This document shows, in pieces, positions 12,690 to 24,768 of a stretch of 64,000 nucleotides of DNA. This DNA comes from Eledone cirrhosa. Its lineage: Eukaryota. The position numbers and the translations under genes were made by a program. The DNA is taken from assembly GCA_964016885.1 (NCBI GenBank), contig OZ024742.1:261826001-261890000 (forward strand), read 5' to 3'. The notes below the pieces were generated by a model, which was not told the origin of the DNA, made no database searches, and worked only from the letters and a program-made list of their open reading frames with translations. Position 1 is the first letter of the stretch; each line of letters opens with the position of its first letter.

Positions 12690-14947
12690 GTAAGTGAATA
12701 TCCCTGCTGTTTTGTAAAGTTGTCCTGATGTTTTTCATAATTTACAAAGTTCTATTGAATATGAAGTTAAAAATAAGAGTCTAAAAGCCTACAAATTTGT
12801 GGAGAGAACTAAAAGAAAGAAAGTAAAAAATTGTTATGAATATTTAGAATATATTTCTTTTGATCTGGAAATGCGTTCCCTGTTAATTGAAAAAAAAAGA
12901 AGGAAAGGAGCTGATTGTTAGATTGGAACAAGGAAGTAATGTTTCAATTGGTCTTTCCATTGCTGATATTTTCTGCCAGAAAAGGACAGGATTTGAACTT
13001 AGGATGCATAGAACTGGATAAATTACCACAAAGTATTTTGTTCGATTATAACAATTCCACCAATCCACTCTCCTGGGACTAATACTTTATTTATCATTCC
13101 TGAAAGTATGAGAGATAAAGTTGACTATGGCTGGATTTAAACTTTAATGAGTGTTAATGTGCCCTTGGAACTTATGTAGTTAAAATGTTTGGCACAGCGC
13201 AATATTTAGCTTAAAAGATTCTTTGATGCTTATGATTGTTCTGTCCCTCTTAACTGAATAAATTGACCTTAGCTTTACCATCATCATGACCCTATGTGTA
13301 ATCATTCAAGGTTAGTTAAATATAGATATGTCCTTAAAGAATTTTGATGGGTGTACTAAAATTACTAATATAATAGCTTAACATAAAAAAAAAAATTGTT
13401 GATCGACTTTCGTCAAATTGGACTGAGGAAACAATGTTTCCGTTGGTCTTTCCAATTGCTAATACTATCTATCGGTCTTAACTCCAGGTAGAAGGAGCAA
13501 CGTGAAATAAAGTGTCTTGCTCAAGGACATAACGCATCGCCAGGTCCAGGAATCGAACTAGCAACCTCACTGTTGTGAATCCAGTTCTCTCACCAATCAG
13601 CCACACGCCTTAACATATGGTTTTTAAATACACCCAATAAAATAGATAGTCCTATTTCATTGAACCAGAGCTGGTTTTGGCTAGGATGGTATCAAAAGAA
13701 TTGTTTCAATATCACAACTTGCATTTCCCTCACTTCTATTGTTGGTTATAGTTGTTTTTAAAATTTCAGTACACTTGTGCTTTAAATAAATATATATGTC
13801 TATTTACTATAAGCTAGTACTAGGTTTATCCTTATTACTGTATAATGTAATATTTATTATTTTAAAATCTTTGTTTTATAACAGGATTAGCCTGAGTGAG
13901 AGTAAGGGGGCACCTAGAACATAATACAAAAAAAAAATGTTGAAAAATATATTAAGATTTTTTAAATTATACTAGCAGAAAAATCACCCATTGGATGATT
14001 TTCTGCTAGCATGTGTAGTGTGCATATTGATATTATACGCAAATATACATGTATATATATATATGATATGTCAAATAAAATCGTAATTGACAATAGGCAC
14101 AGAAATTGAAGAGAGACTGTGTTACACTGTCTTCTGTAATCAGTAAAGTAATCCATGATACGTTTAAAAAAGATGATATTTATAAACTGCATTACGCCAA
14201 AATTTTAGGAAAAAGAAAATTAGTGACGGAAATATAAACCTTATATAACGATGCAAGTATATGAGCGTTTATGTAAGTGATATGATATAGCGTCCATTAT
14301 ATCATAACCGGAAGTATTGATATTTAAAAATTTTAAAAGTGAATCTTGAAATAAGCAATAACATTATTTATATTTAATCAAGAGTTACGAAATTTAGTAG
14401 ATAAATTATGTAATATTCATTCATTATTCATTCAAAGTAATCCAACTTATTTTACTAATGGGATAAAAAAATATAATCAGAACACAGGCTTGCACTCCTC
14501 CCTTTGTTATATTATGATTGGTTCAATACAATGGCTTGTGTTTAGTGATAGTACTGGTGTCATGATAAAATGCACCCAGTACACTCTGCAATGTGGTTGG
14601 TATTAGGAATGGCTTCCAACTGTAGAAATTATGTTAAAATATGGAAAGTATGAACAAGGTGTGGTTCTCTGCCCTCTCTAGGTTGACTGATACCCCATCC
14701 AACCTATGCCAGTGTGGAACGTAGACATAAAATGATGTGCTTAATTTAAAGTGGATGATTTAGTTTTAACCTTTAATTGAATATTATTAAATCAATATTG
14801 AACATTGGATAGTTTAATGGTGTTCAATAATGTAAATTGCTTAGTTTTAGTGTGTTTAAACATCTTAACCATATTTCTACTGAAAGACACTGCCTGTGAT
14901 TTTTAAATCAAGTTGGAAGGTTTTAGTGATAACCTTTTCATTATTAA

Positions 14948-15152
14948 CCCTTTAGCATTTAAACTGGCCATATCCGGCCAGAATTCTCTCACCTCTTTCT
15001 ACTCAAACTAGCTGCAACTGGCTGCTCATACTTATGTTCTCAAAATAAATATCAAAATCTCAGATTCGATATTATGTGAAATAATTATGAGAGATTCAGC
15101 CTTTATCATGAAAATATGATAGTAAATATAGAGTAATGTAAATGCTAAAGGG
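14948..15152. mobile_element. piggyBac-type MITE (TTAA TSD, CCCTTTAGCATT TIR), nested in another MITE
   Basis: ttaa|ccctttagcatt...aatgctaaaggg|ttaa. Confidence 0.85.
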
Positions 15153-15504
15153 TTAAATTGAAGTTTGGAACATAACTTAGCGAAGATTCTTACGTAAATT
15201 TATGATAGCAGTTTTTTAAAGACAAATATAAATACTTAACAAAAAGACAGGTTTAGTATAAAAAGGGTTGAATGATAGTTTGTGAAATCTATTTATGATT
15301 TGGTAATTATTTAGTAGAAAATGTTTTATAATGGGTTTGTTGATTCATGGACAGTGTTGTGAAAATGTGCAGTATGAAATTAAAGACTTCAATTTTTAAT
15401 GTGAAGCAGTCATAATGCTGTTTTATATTATTCACGAATGTCTTGCTTATGCAATACAGGATGCTAAAAGTTAAGAGAGTAACTTTAATATTTTCTGGTA
15501 TACA

Positions 15505-15836
15505 GAGGCACATGGCTTAGTGGTTAGAGCATTGGCCTTGCAATCGAAAGGTTGTGAGTTCAATTCTCAGACTGGGTGATGTTATTTCCTTGAGCAAGAC
15601 ACTTTATTTCACATTGCTCCAGTTTACTCAGCTGTAGAAATGAGATGATAGGGACCGGGGTCCCTATCATTCCACTGCAAAGTGGTCGTGGAGGTGCTAC
15701 GGCAAAAAAAGTACCCAGCACTCTCTGTAAATGGTTAGGAAGGGCATCCAGCTGTAGAAATCAAGCCAGAATCAGTTCTTGTCCCCACCCTTGCAAGCAG
15801 GGAAAAGCGGACGTAAAATGATGATGATGATGATGA
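15505..15836 (+). repeat. tRNA-derived SINE, representative of dozens of copies in both orientations
   Basis: A/B-box head (tggcttagtggttagagc...gagttcaattc), aggaagggcatccagctgtagaaa body, (TGA)n tail. Confidence 0.75.
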
Positions 15837-16644
15837 TTTACTAATGTTCTGACTGCTGTATATAGTTGCACTTGTTAACCATATTGACTGTTGTGTGCGT
15901 GTTAATTATAATCAATAAGTGGTGAAGTGTTTTTGTTTTGCAGCATGTTAACACTGAACTTATTTAGTTGAAATATTTCTGAACTTATGTAGTCAAAATA
16001 TTTGGCACAGTGCAGTGTCGGGTTCAAGAGATTCTTTGATGCTTATGGGTAACTGGGAATGTGTTCTTTTCTTTTTTGGTTTAGTTAGGGGTGGAGGCAC
16101 ATCACCCATAGCCTCTTGTACCTCATTGGGTTAAATCACAAAATCCTGTTTACTGCTGTAAGAATAAGCATTGGAAACCTTCCTTCCTCATTATATATTT
16201 GGTGTTTGGAACATAACTTAACAAAGGTTCTTACATAAAATTATGATAGGTTATTAGATAAATTGTAATACTTTAAAGGAAGCAGTTATTTTTTATCATA
16301 GAATCAGGTGTTATATTTCTCTAACTCAATTAATGATTTAACAGAAAATATCTAAATGTAGGTTAATTCAAATGTCTTTACTAGTAGATTGTTGTGAGAA
16401 TTTACAGTATTAGAGATATTTTTAATGTGATGCGTCATAGTGTTGTTCTGTATTTTTAACAAATGCCTTGCTAATTTGGTTTCATATGGTACAAGACAAT
16501 AGTTAAATTCAGCTAACTATTGTCTATTTTGTGACTGGCTGTTGGAAATCCTGCTCTGTCATGTGTTGTAGATTTTCAACACATTCCCCCTGTTATTAAT
16601 GTTAAACTCTAACAAATCATTACATGATATTTCATTAATTTTAG

Positions 16645-16686
16645 GCTATGACTACGGCAGTTGGAGTGGCTATGGACAAGATCAGG
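16645..16686 (+). CDS. sqd: hnRNP D/squid-like 42-nt exon (GYDYGSWSGYGQDQ)
   Basis: ttttag acceptor, AGG|gtaagt donor, phase 1-1; GYDY motif shared with hnRNP D/AB tails. Confidence 0.88.
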
Positions 16687-17579
16687 GTAAGTTAGGTGGC
16701 CTTTTTCTTTTATCAAATATATTCTTTGTTGTTCCATCTTTTTTCCATTTTGAAAGTTAAACATCCTTCTGCATGCTAACTTCTATTCTAATGGTGTGCT
16801 TTTGCACCAATCTTTCTCTAAGCATAATTGTGATCCACAAGATCTGAGTAACCCAAGCTTTTTTTTTAACTGACTGGCTTTTTTTAACATTTTTTTCTAT
16901 TTTCTGTTCCTTTTTATATTATCACTTCTTCTGCTTGACTTACTAATGTTGCTGCATGTTTCTATAATAGAGAACTTTCCTAGCTGGCTGCTTTTCATAG
17001 AGCCTAGTTGGGTTGTCACCACACAGTAGAGGGTTGGGGGTTTCAGGTGAGATTCTACACTTACTAGCCTAACAAACTATCCATTAGATTTAAATTTTAT
17101 TGAAATAGTTTGATTTTTTTTTTGTTTTTGTTTTTCTTATAAAACAGCTAATTACTTAACCACTCAAAAAAAAAAAGAAAAAAAGAAATTAAAAAACATT
17201 TTACCGATCTGGGTTAGGTAGAAATTACTAATTTAAAAAAATTAATTTTCTTGTAAATATATATATATATATATATATAAATGTAAATAACGATATAGAT
17301 ATGTGGCACTTGCTTTCCATTTAGTTTCCTTTTTGTAGATGTAGAGGCTTAAAACTATCCCATTTTTAGCTGTTCATTACTTGAACGATAGTATTGCATG
17401 CCAGTAAACCCCTACATTGTTGTTACTGCCGTATGAGGGCTGTTCCAGTAATTTGCTCATGATTTTGGAAGGCAGCTTTGTCATATTCAGCTTATTGGCT
17501 TTGCTATAAAATTTTACATGTCCAGAAAGAATAGGGAAAAGAGGATTTAAAAAAATAGAAAAACTTAGTTGAAAAATAA

Positions 17580-17619
<40 letters not shown>

Positions 17620-17721
17620 TATATGCGTGTGTGTATGCATGTGTATACATAGGTATATATGTGTGTGTATATGTACATATGTATGTATCTACACGTGTGC
17701 GTATCTATGTATGTATATACA

Positions 17722-17754
<33 letters not shown>

Positions 17755-18210
17755 TTTAATTTTTTTTTTTTTTTTGAAAGAATCTCTTCATAAAAATTTT
17801 CTACTGCAACTAACTTGATGTCCAGGCCTTCCAAGCCATGTTCTCAGTAGGAACAGCCCTTTGTTATTTTCTTAGATATAATCCCTGTTAATTAGGAACA
17901 GTTAAATTATATAATTTCAGCCCCTGTGAATTTTTTCACTTGTTATTTTGTGTATTTGTGACAATGCTACGTTCCTCTTTCTTCACTTGTGTAAACGGAA
18001 GCAGTCATGATGCTCTGATGGGGTGTGTGAATAACTCGCCTCCGTACTTCTGATACATATGATGGTACAGTTTGAGCAGACTTGCCACAAGTGTTGCCAT
18101 CTCATCTTAGTTGGCATCGTTGTTGTGCTGGCAGATGTGCTGTTCTGTAGTGTTTACAGCATACTTTAAATAACAATCTTGATCTCCAATATTGTCGCCT
18201 TTTTTGGTAG

Positions 18211-18287
18211 GTCAACAGGCCGGCGGCTATTCTGGCAAAGCTGCAAAGAGTAGAGGACATTCTGGCTATCACCCTTACAGTCGCTGA
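18211..18287 (+). CDS. sqd: hnRNP D/squid-like last coding exon with PY-NLS (GQQAGGYSGKAAKSRGHSGYHPYSR*)
   Basis: ttttttggtag acceptor; basic patch plus R-x5..6-PY transportin-type signal; TGA at 18285-18287. Confidence 0.92.
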
Positions 18288-19016
18288 TTCCTTTCAAGTG
18301 TAGGTGTGTATCCCATTCATTCGTTCCTTAATTTACCATTTTATCGATGCCTTGAGGGCTATTCCAGAAGGATACTTGGTGAAAGAAGTTGCTGGGACGT
18401 CCAAGCCTTTTTTTTTTTCGCCCCTTCCCCTTTTTTAACACTTCTATAATTCCTGAATATTTTTCCTTTTGTGATATGTGTGTATGTATATAGATAAATT
18501 ATGTGTGTATAATAGATATATATTGTGTAGGTGTGTTTAAGCATGGAAAGCAGACATTAAATAATGGTTATATATGTGTGTACATATGACAGTCAATGGC
18601 AGAATTGGTAGAGCATTAGATAAAATGCCATGCTGCTTTCTACACTTGTGTTCAAATCGCACAAAGTTCAACTTTGCCTTTCAGCCTTTGAGGGTCAATA
18701 AAAAATGTACCAGTACCAATCAAGTACTGGGGTCAATTTAATCAATTACAAATCAGGGCTGGAATACTTAAGCCAGTTCAATGCTGTCTTTACCTTCATT
18801 ACACTGATGCCAATTTGTATTAGGTATTGTCCTTATGGTTGTAGGTTGTAAAGTGAAACTCTTAACCATATAGCCATGCCTGCATCATATGTTCAATCTC
18901 TATGCAAGCATCAATTGGAGCAGCCACCATTTGCTCATTTGTTCCATATTTGGAATATTTTCTATGACTGGATGCCCTTCCTAATGCTACTGATGTGTAC
19001 TTAGTGCATTTATATA

Positions 19017-19057
<41 letters not shown>

Positions 19058-20495
19058 GTATGTGTACATACCTGTATGTATGTGTATATAATGAATATTG
19101 TTTTGATTTTTTTCATTCATCCTGCCTTTAACTGACAATTCACTGCGTCCCAATATTTCTCCCTCAGTCCTTGTCTCTGGAATGGCCCTTCAAGACTAGG
19201 GTCATACCATCAAAATGTGTAGTGGATCATGTGTATTTTACCTATTATTTAACACATTTTTAACCTGGGGAAAATTTGCATGAGTTTCCTCTTCTCTCCA
19301 CCAGTTTTTTTTCCCTCTTACTTTACTGAAAGATGGAAATACTTCTTTTTTTGCCCTATTGACTACAGCCCACTCTGTCTTGGCATCTAGCTTAGGTTTT
19401 ACAGGCTTGAAATTAAAAAACATATACCTATATAACTTTTTCCATCTCTTTCTTCCTCTCCATTTTCCATTCAGTGCAGCTCTCCTCTTTTCCTTCTGTT
19501 TGAACTGGATAGTTGGGACAAGGGAGAAATAAACACACACACATGAATATATAAATAGAAACAGGGTTTGAAGCACAATTAGACTTCTGAGCCTCCAAGG
19601 CATTGGTATTGTGTGCAATTCTGCTGCTGTTGCTGCTGCTGGCATGTCTGGGTGTTGTTTCCAGTGGCAATGTCAGACACCTATTGTAGACCTGGTACAA
19701 CTTAGAAAAGAATTTATATATTTTTAACCTATGTGAAATTTGGTTGGCTTTTCAGTTTTTCTTTAACTTTTTATTGCTTAAATGCATTTTTCTTTCCCTT
19801 GCCCAATATTTCTAAAAAAAAAAAAATAAAAGGCTTCCCTCCCTTCTGACTACAATGACTTTCTTTGAACTTGCTTTTTTTTTTGTTTGGCTCAATATCA
19901 ACTGCACCAATGATTAGTCCTCAACTGTACAAACACACATGCTGTGTGAATGTGAATTCTCTTGTCCCCACCTCCTCAACAATAGTCTCTTCCACTAACT
20001 GAGGTATGCCAGCTTTAGATTAACGGACACTGCACAAATTATTCAATATTCCGTTTGTTTTGGACTCTAACTGGTAGTTTTCCATTAATTCAACATTGAT
20101 CAATTCTGCAATATCAAATCCTGTCTCCACCCACCCTCATTTTAAATATTAAATGATGTATGAGTAGTGGCAATAGCCAGCTGTGGACTTGATACTTTGA
20201 TCACTAATGCACTAAACTTGTTGCATTAGTTAAAATTCCATCAGCTGGGAAGGGGACATAAAATAAACACCAGTAATGGATGGGGGATGGGTATTGATTA
20301 CATTCCTCTCCCCAGTTAGTGCCTTATTCAATGAAAATCAATTTTTTTTTTTTCATTTTAAACTCAAATTATTTAAAATAAAGATAAATTTTTTAAATAT
20401 GTTTGAAAGAGATTGAGAGATTAGTTTGTGCTTTATTATACTTTATAAACAGCAGCTTTTATGTTTAATCTTGTTCACTGTAATTTTTTTTGCAG

Positions 20496-20650
20496 ATTGG
20501 AGTCACAGCGCCCTGACGAAACCTTAAGTCTATGTACAGTCATCCAACATCAGATCATCACGAAGTAGTAATCACTTCCCATTTCAGGCTGGATTTTATT
20601 CTGCAGCAACACTACTGCTTCTCATAATAAAAATGTTTTACAGAACTGAC
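20496..20650 (+). other. probable terminal non-coding (3'UTR) exon of the hnRNP gene
   Basis: Strong acceptor ttttttttgcag at 20495; upstream donor TAG|gtgtgt at 18303/18304; AATAAA at 20626-20631. The 3' end is approximate. Confidence 0.6.
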
Positions 20651-21719
20651 TTTCTTTTTCTTTTTTTTCTTACCCCTTGGGGGCCCATATCATTAAGGAA
20701 TGCAAACTCATTGCAGGCCAGTTAAAACAGCAACATAATAAGGCTCCTAGCCCTATCATTTCAGAAGTAAAAAATTTCAAACTTAAAGGCACTAAAATTT
20801 TTAAATCTTTATTTGGCTAAAAGTTTAAGATTACAATTGTGTTAAAAAACAGCGCAATGTGTGGTAGAAGTTGAAGCAAATATTGATAAGGTTGGGTAAA
20901 TAAGATGCCCACTAAAACAGACTGAGTGGGAAAGAACGGTAAGGAAAAGAAACGTCGATTATAAAGCTATTGGTTTGGAGTTTTCTAATCAAATTATGAT
21001 GCCTTGCCTCACTAGAAATGAAGCAGTGGCCAAACCAGCTTAAAAAAATACAAGGTAATATTTGTAACAGTGAAACTAGGAAGGAAAGCAAAATCTAAAA
21101 TATCTGCTTTGAATGCAAATTGTACTGAAAGTTTCTACACAGTCTTTAAAGTTATTAATTTACGTTTTTTATTTTAAATAGTCTTCATAAGATATGCAGC
21201 GCCTAGCTGCTGGTGGTGTTGAGGTGTAATTCTAGTCAAGACTAGATACTCCTCACAAATGTAACATGTTGATCAGCTTCATTACTCAAAAGCAAATGAC
21301 TTTATATTAAGGGGCCCTTCGGCCGGGCCCGCTATCTTGGGATGGGTTTGCTCTTGCTGTTTTTGTTTTTATATTTTTCTATTTCTGATGGTTACACGTG
21401 ATGAGACTTCGTAATAGGGCATGCATCACAAGGAGGGCATAGACCAATTAGGAGAGTCTATGGTTGTCGTGCATTAGCATAATCTTTCTTCATCAGACGG
21501 AGTAGTGTCTCTCTTAAACCCAATGCCGCTTCTGCTGCATTCAGTGGTACGTACTTTGAACACTCTCAGACACACATACACACACGTGGTGTTGGTAGGT
21601 ACTCTGCTGATGCTTACAGTGGAAATCTCACTGCCACGGCAGCTCACTGAGGCGGTGGGGTTCAGGATACTGCTTCAATGAGTTGAAATCAAATAGAGGC
21701 AATGCGTGAACTTCCAAGT

Positions 21720-21797
21720 TCAAACCCAGGGTGTCCATCCTTCATATAAGACAGCTAAATTGTCCAAGTTGGTAGCTTCCTTCAGAACAAAATCCAC
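21720..21797 (-). CDS. SMG1: SMG1 last exon, FATC (VDFVLKEATNLDNLAVLYEGWTPWV*)
   Basis: tttcag acceptor; PIKK FATC terminus; TGA at 21722-21720. Confidence 0.96.
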   Translation of the reverse strand: MDFVLKEATNLDNLAVLYEGWTPWV

Positions 21798-23039
21798 CTG
21801 AAATTACAAGGAATTTAAGAATCACCAATTTTATGCTTCAAGTGTATCAGTTTACTTTTTAAAAATTACTATACTTGGCAAGCAATTAAATATGTGTAGA
21901 TATATATATAAAGTGTATTGTGGCACAAGAACCTGATACAACCCAATAAACTCTAAAGTGGTTATAGTGATAGGAAGGGCATTCAGCTATAAAAACTATA
22001 TCCCCTCCACTCATGAAAAGACATGACACCAGTACTAGGTAGGTTGTCATAAAATGCACCCTCTACAGTGTGGAATTAAGATGGCCCGTCTGCAAGGGTG
22101 AAGTCCTGACTTGTCATGAGGATGGCATTGAAAGAGTTCTATTTAGCAGTATATTGTGCAATGTGTCCATCTTTCCATACATGCATGTGTTGGACAGAAA
22201 GATGTATTGAGGGGTTGCACATTCGTCATCTTTAAAGGGATAGGAAAGGGTGGAGGGAGAGTATTAAAATGGGGAAAGATGTGCAAACTAACATTCTGTA
22301 CAAACGAGAAGACTGGTCCTCTGCAGTATGATATTGCTAGTCAACTCAATCCTGTGTCATCTCCTTTGGGAGGTTTAATTGTTTGCATGAGGTCAGCTTT
22401 TACCACATCATCCCTTACAGCACCAAGCACTTCTTTATGCAATTGTCGTCATTGCGCAATATGTGTTGTTAAAGTGTGGTCCATCATAATTTTCTCTAAC
22501 ACGATGCCTCACATCTTTGGTCTTCAGTGTAAAACATATGCAAACTTCTTACTTTCTGCCTGTTTCTTAGCTTTCATTCTCTTTGATCCAGCCATAAATC
22601 TTGTGGCCTTCAGCAGATTATCTCTTAGTGACTTACAACAGAGTAACAGTGGGAGTTGCTATCTTCTCTTCCTTACTCTTGTAAACATCAAGCAGGGCAT
22701 CCCCCAATTTGTTATGAGTTGATGGTTCATTCAGCTTCCCAGGAGTCTGTCTAACCCTAAAGTCACTAACTACTAGGTTATGTTGGGAGGTTCATTCCTC
22801 ACCAGGAAAGGACCTGGTGTTTACAACCATCAACCTTTTTTCAAGTGGTCAGCTGGTTTTCTGAAGTTCATGTTACAGATAGATCACTGGTATCTCAGAA
22901 TTGTTGAAGTCCTGATCCCTCCAAAGAAGCCATCAAGGTATTGCCAGCTGCAATTATGAAGTCAGTCACTCGTTAAAGAAGTAGTTTTCATTAAAAAAAA
23001 AAATCATTTTTATGTCTGTTTTCCATATTTGCATGGATT

Positions 23040-23830
23040 GGAAAGGTCTTTTTCAGCACATCACATTTGTATGTTATCTCTAAGTCTCAGTGGTTTGAGA
23101 CCAGTTCTCATCACCTCTGCCCAGGTCTTTCTTGGTTCACTTCTGCGGCTTTCTTCCACTGGGACTTTCTGGCTCTTCAGTCAGCAATCATTCGTCCGTA
23201 CTGATTGCAGTCTTCGCTCCTGCACACCACAATGGATTCCTCCTAAAACCAGCTTCTCTCCCAGTTCATCCAAGCTCTGCCTTTCTCACATTTGCATTGC
23301 ATACCCAATGAAGCAATGTTGCTTCACAGCTCGTGTTCCACTACCATGCAGCATCGCACTTCAGTCGTCCTTTTGTATGTAGTGAGATAGCTCTCTAAAC
23401 TTTTTTCCATCCTACCCTTATTCTAGCTATTATAATCTCAGAGCACCCTGCTCTGTTGTTAATTAGGTCACCTAGATAACAGAAACTACCAAACACTTCT
23501 ATGGATCCCTCATGTAAAAGGTTTATACCACTAACACTATTCCTGTCAATTACCCCTGTGCATCTACTACAAAGTCTTTCTTTCCGATTAGTCTACTTGT
23601 TATCCCACTACATCTCTTGTATACCCAAGATTTATATTGTACATATCTTATACAGTTTATGCCTACTCATTTTTTTATGTATTGAGCAGGGTCACTTCCC
23701 AGAAGGAATCTTTCCTACTCACCAGCACTTTTGGCTAATTTTATTCTGACCTTTTGATTACAAATTGTTTCCAGAACTTATTTTCTAGTTCTTTTATGGT
23801 TTCCATGGACAGCCAGTTTTAAACATCCCC
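23040..23830 (-). mobile_element. RTE-clade LINE 3' remnant
   Basis: Degenerate minus-strand KVLVSRK..PSGK.PCSI..GINC and ERRL segments; related pieces at ~22390-22700, 47200-47430, 48950-49460, 51600-51790 (RRLHWYGHV). Confidence 0.6.
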
Positions 23831-24604
23831 TTTCCCTGCTAATGTGTATGTACCAAGGTTTCTTGGTGAGGAGGGTGACTTTGACAGGTTTTGTTTTTAG
23901 TCCTGCAGAATGTCCAAAGGGCAAAAGAGCTCTTAAGAGTCAATGGCCATCCAAAATCAAGGCAGAATTCTAGGCGGAAGAAAACTGATAAAACACCTGC
24001 AACCCTGATGGTATCCAATGATGTTGACTTGTTCTTTTTGGTAAATATCATCTTGGTTAAGAGAGTAGGCCTTTGCTCACTATAAAAGCTTCACGGCACA
24101 GGCATTGCTTTATATCTGGAGATCTCTCTGCACTTGTCATCAAATGGTACCATGGGCCCAGCACTGTTTCACAAGCTGGCTGGACTAAAAAGTCACACTC
24201 GTTCAGCGCATCGGTAAGGGTTCTCCTACATGGATATAAAGTAGTGGCCGTACTCGAAAACGAGTTGGCAGCCACCATATATATATATATACACACACAC
24301 CTACGGTAGTAGGTGTATAATATTTTTAAGATCCCATTTCGGTCACTCCCGACACCTTCAAAGCTTTGTCACTAATTCAATTTTTGATAGAATTGGATGC
24401 GGTTTTTTGCACTTCATAGGACCACAGATAAGCTACTTTTTGACATAAAAATATTGAAATTTGGTTCAGTAGAAAAAAAGTTACATAAAAATAAGTGAGG
24501 ACCAAAAGAGTGTAAGGAACTACATACATAAGTAACGCTTAGTTTGTTTCTAATTTCTAATACATTAAAATAAAATAGTGATAGATTGTGCAATAGTGAA
24601 TTGT

Positions 24605-24677
24605 GGTCAGGTAGCTCAGTCGGTAGAGCAGCGGACCGGCAATCCGAAGGTCGTGGGTTCGATTCCCACCCTGATTA
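24605..24677 (+). tRNA. tRNA-like gene/pseudogene, anticodon GGC (Ala)
   Basis: Cloverleaf: acceptor GGTCAGG/CCTGATT, D stem GCTC/GAGC, anticodon stem CGGA/TCCG with loop CCGGCAA, T stem GTGGG/CCCAC with TTCGATT; C33 and G34 are atypical. Confidence 0.6.
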
Positions 24678-24768
24678 CTCCTATTCATTATTATTTATTT
24701 AACTTATTTGTTGATAAATATTTTTATTAATATAATATCCTTGCATTGCCTGGAAAAAAAGTGGATTA

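Larger units (their letters stand above)
6320..18287 (+). other. sqd: hnRNP D/AB (squid-like) gene span, coding exons visible in window (5' exon not found)
   Basis: Seven GT-AG exons join in consistent phase into RRM1 (partial), RRM2, an RG motif, a G/Y/N-rich tail and a PY-NLS. Orthology within the HNRNPD/DL/AB/squid group is not resolvable by eye. Confidence 0.88.

Noticed and set aside
15511-15580. tRNA-like sequences (also ~4940, 7195, 13540-13610, 59790)
   Set aside because: SINE heads without a complete cloverleaf, followed by SINE bodies.
18004-18056. Possible C/D snoRNA (ATGATG...CTGA...CTGA)
   Set aside because: Too short, imperfect C box, and no rRNA or snRNA complement recognised.
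20513-20530. CTGACGAAACCTTAAGTC resembling a hammerhead core in the hnRNP 3'UTR
   Set aside because: Stem II is entirely missing (CUGANGA and GAAA overlap) and there is no convincing stem I.
22156-22722. 188-aa plus-strand ORF
   Set aside because: No recognisable domain; overlaps the antisense of a decayed RTE-like remnant in the SMG1 intron.
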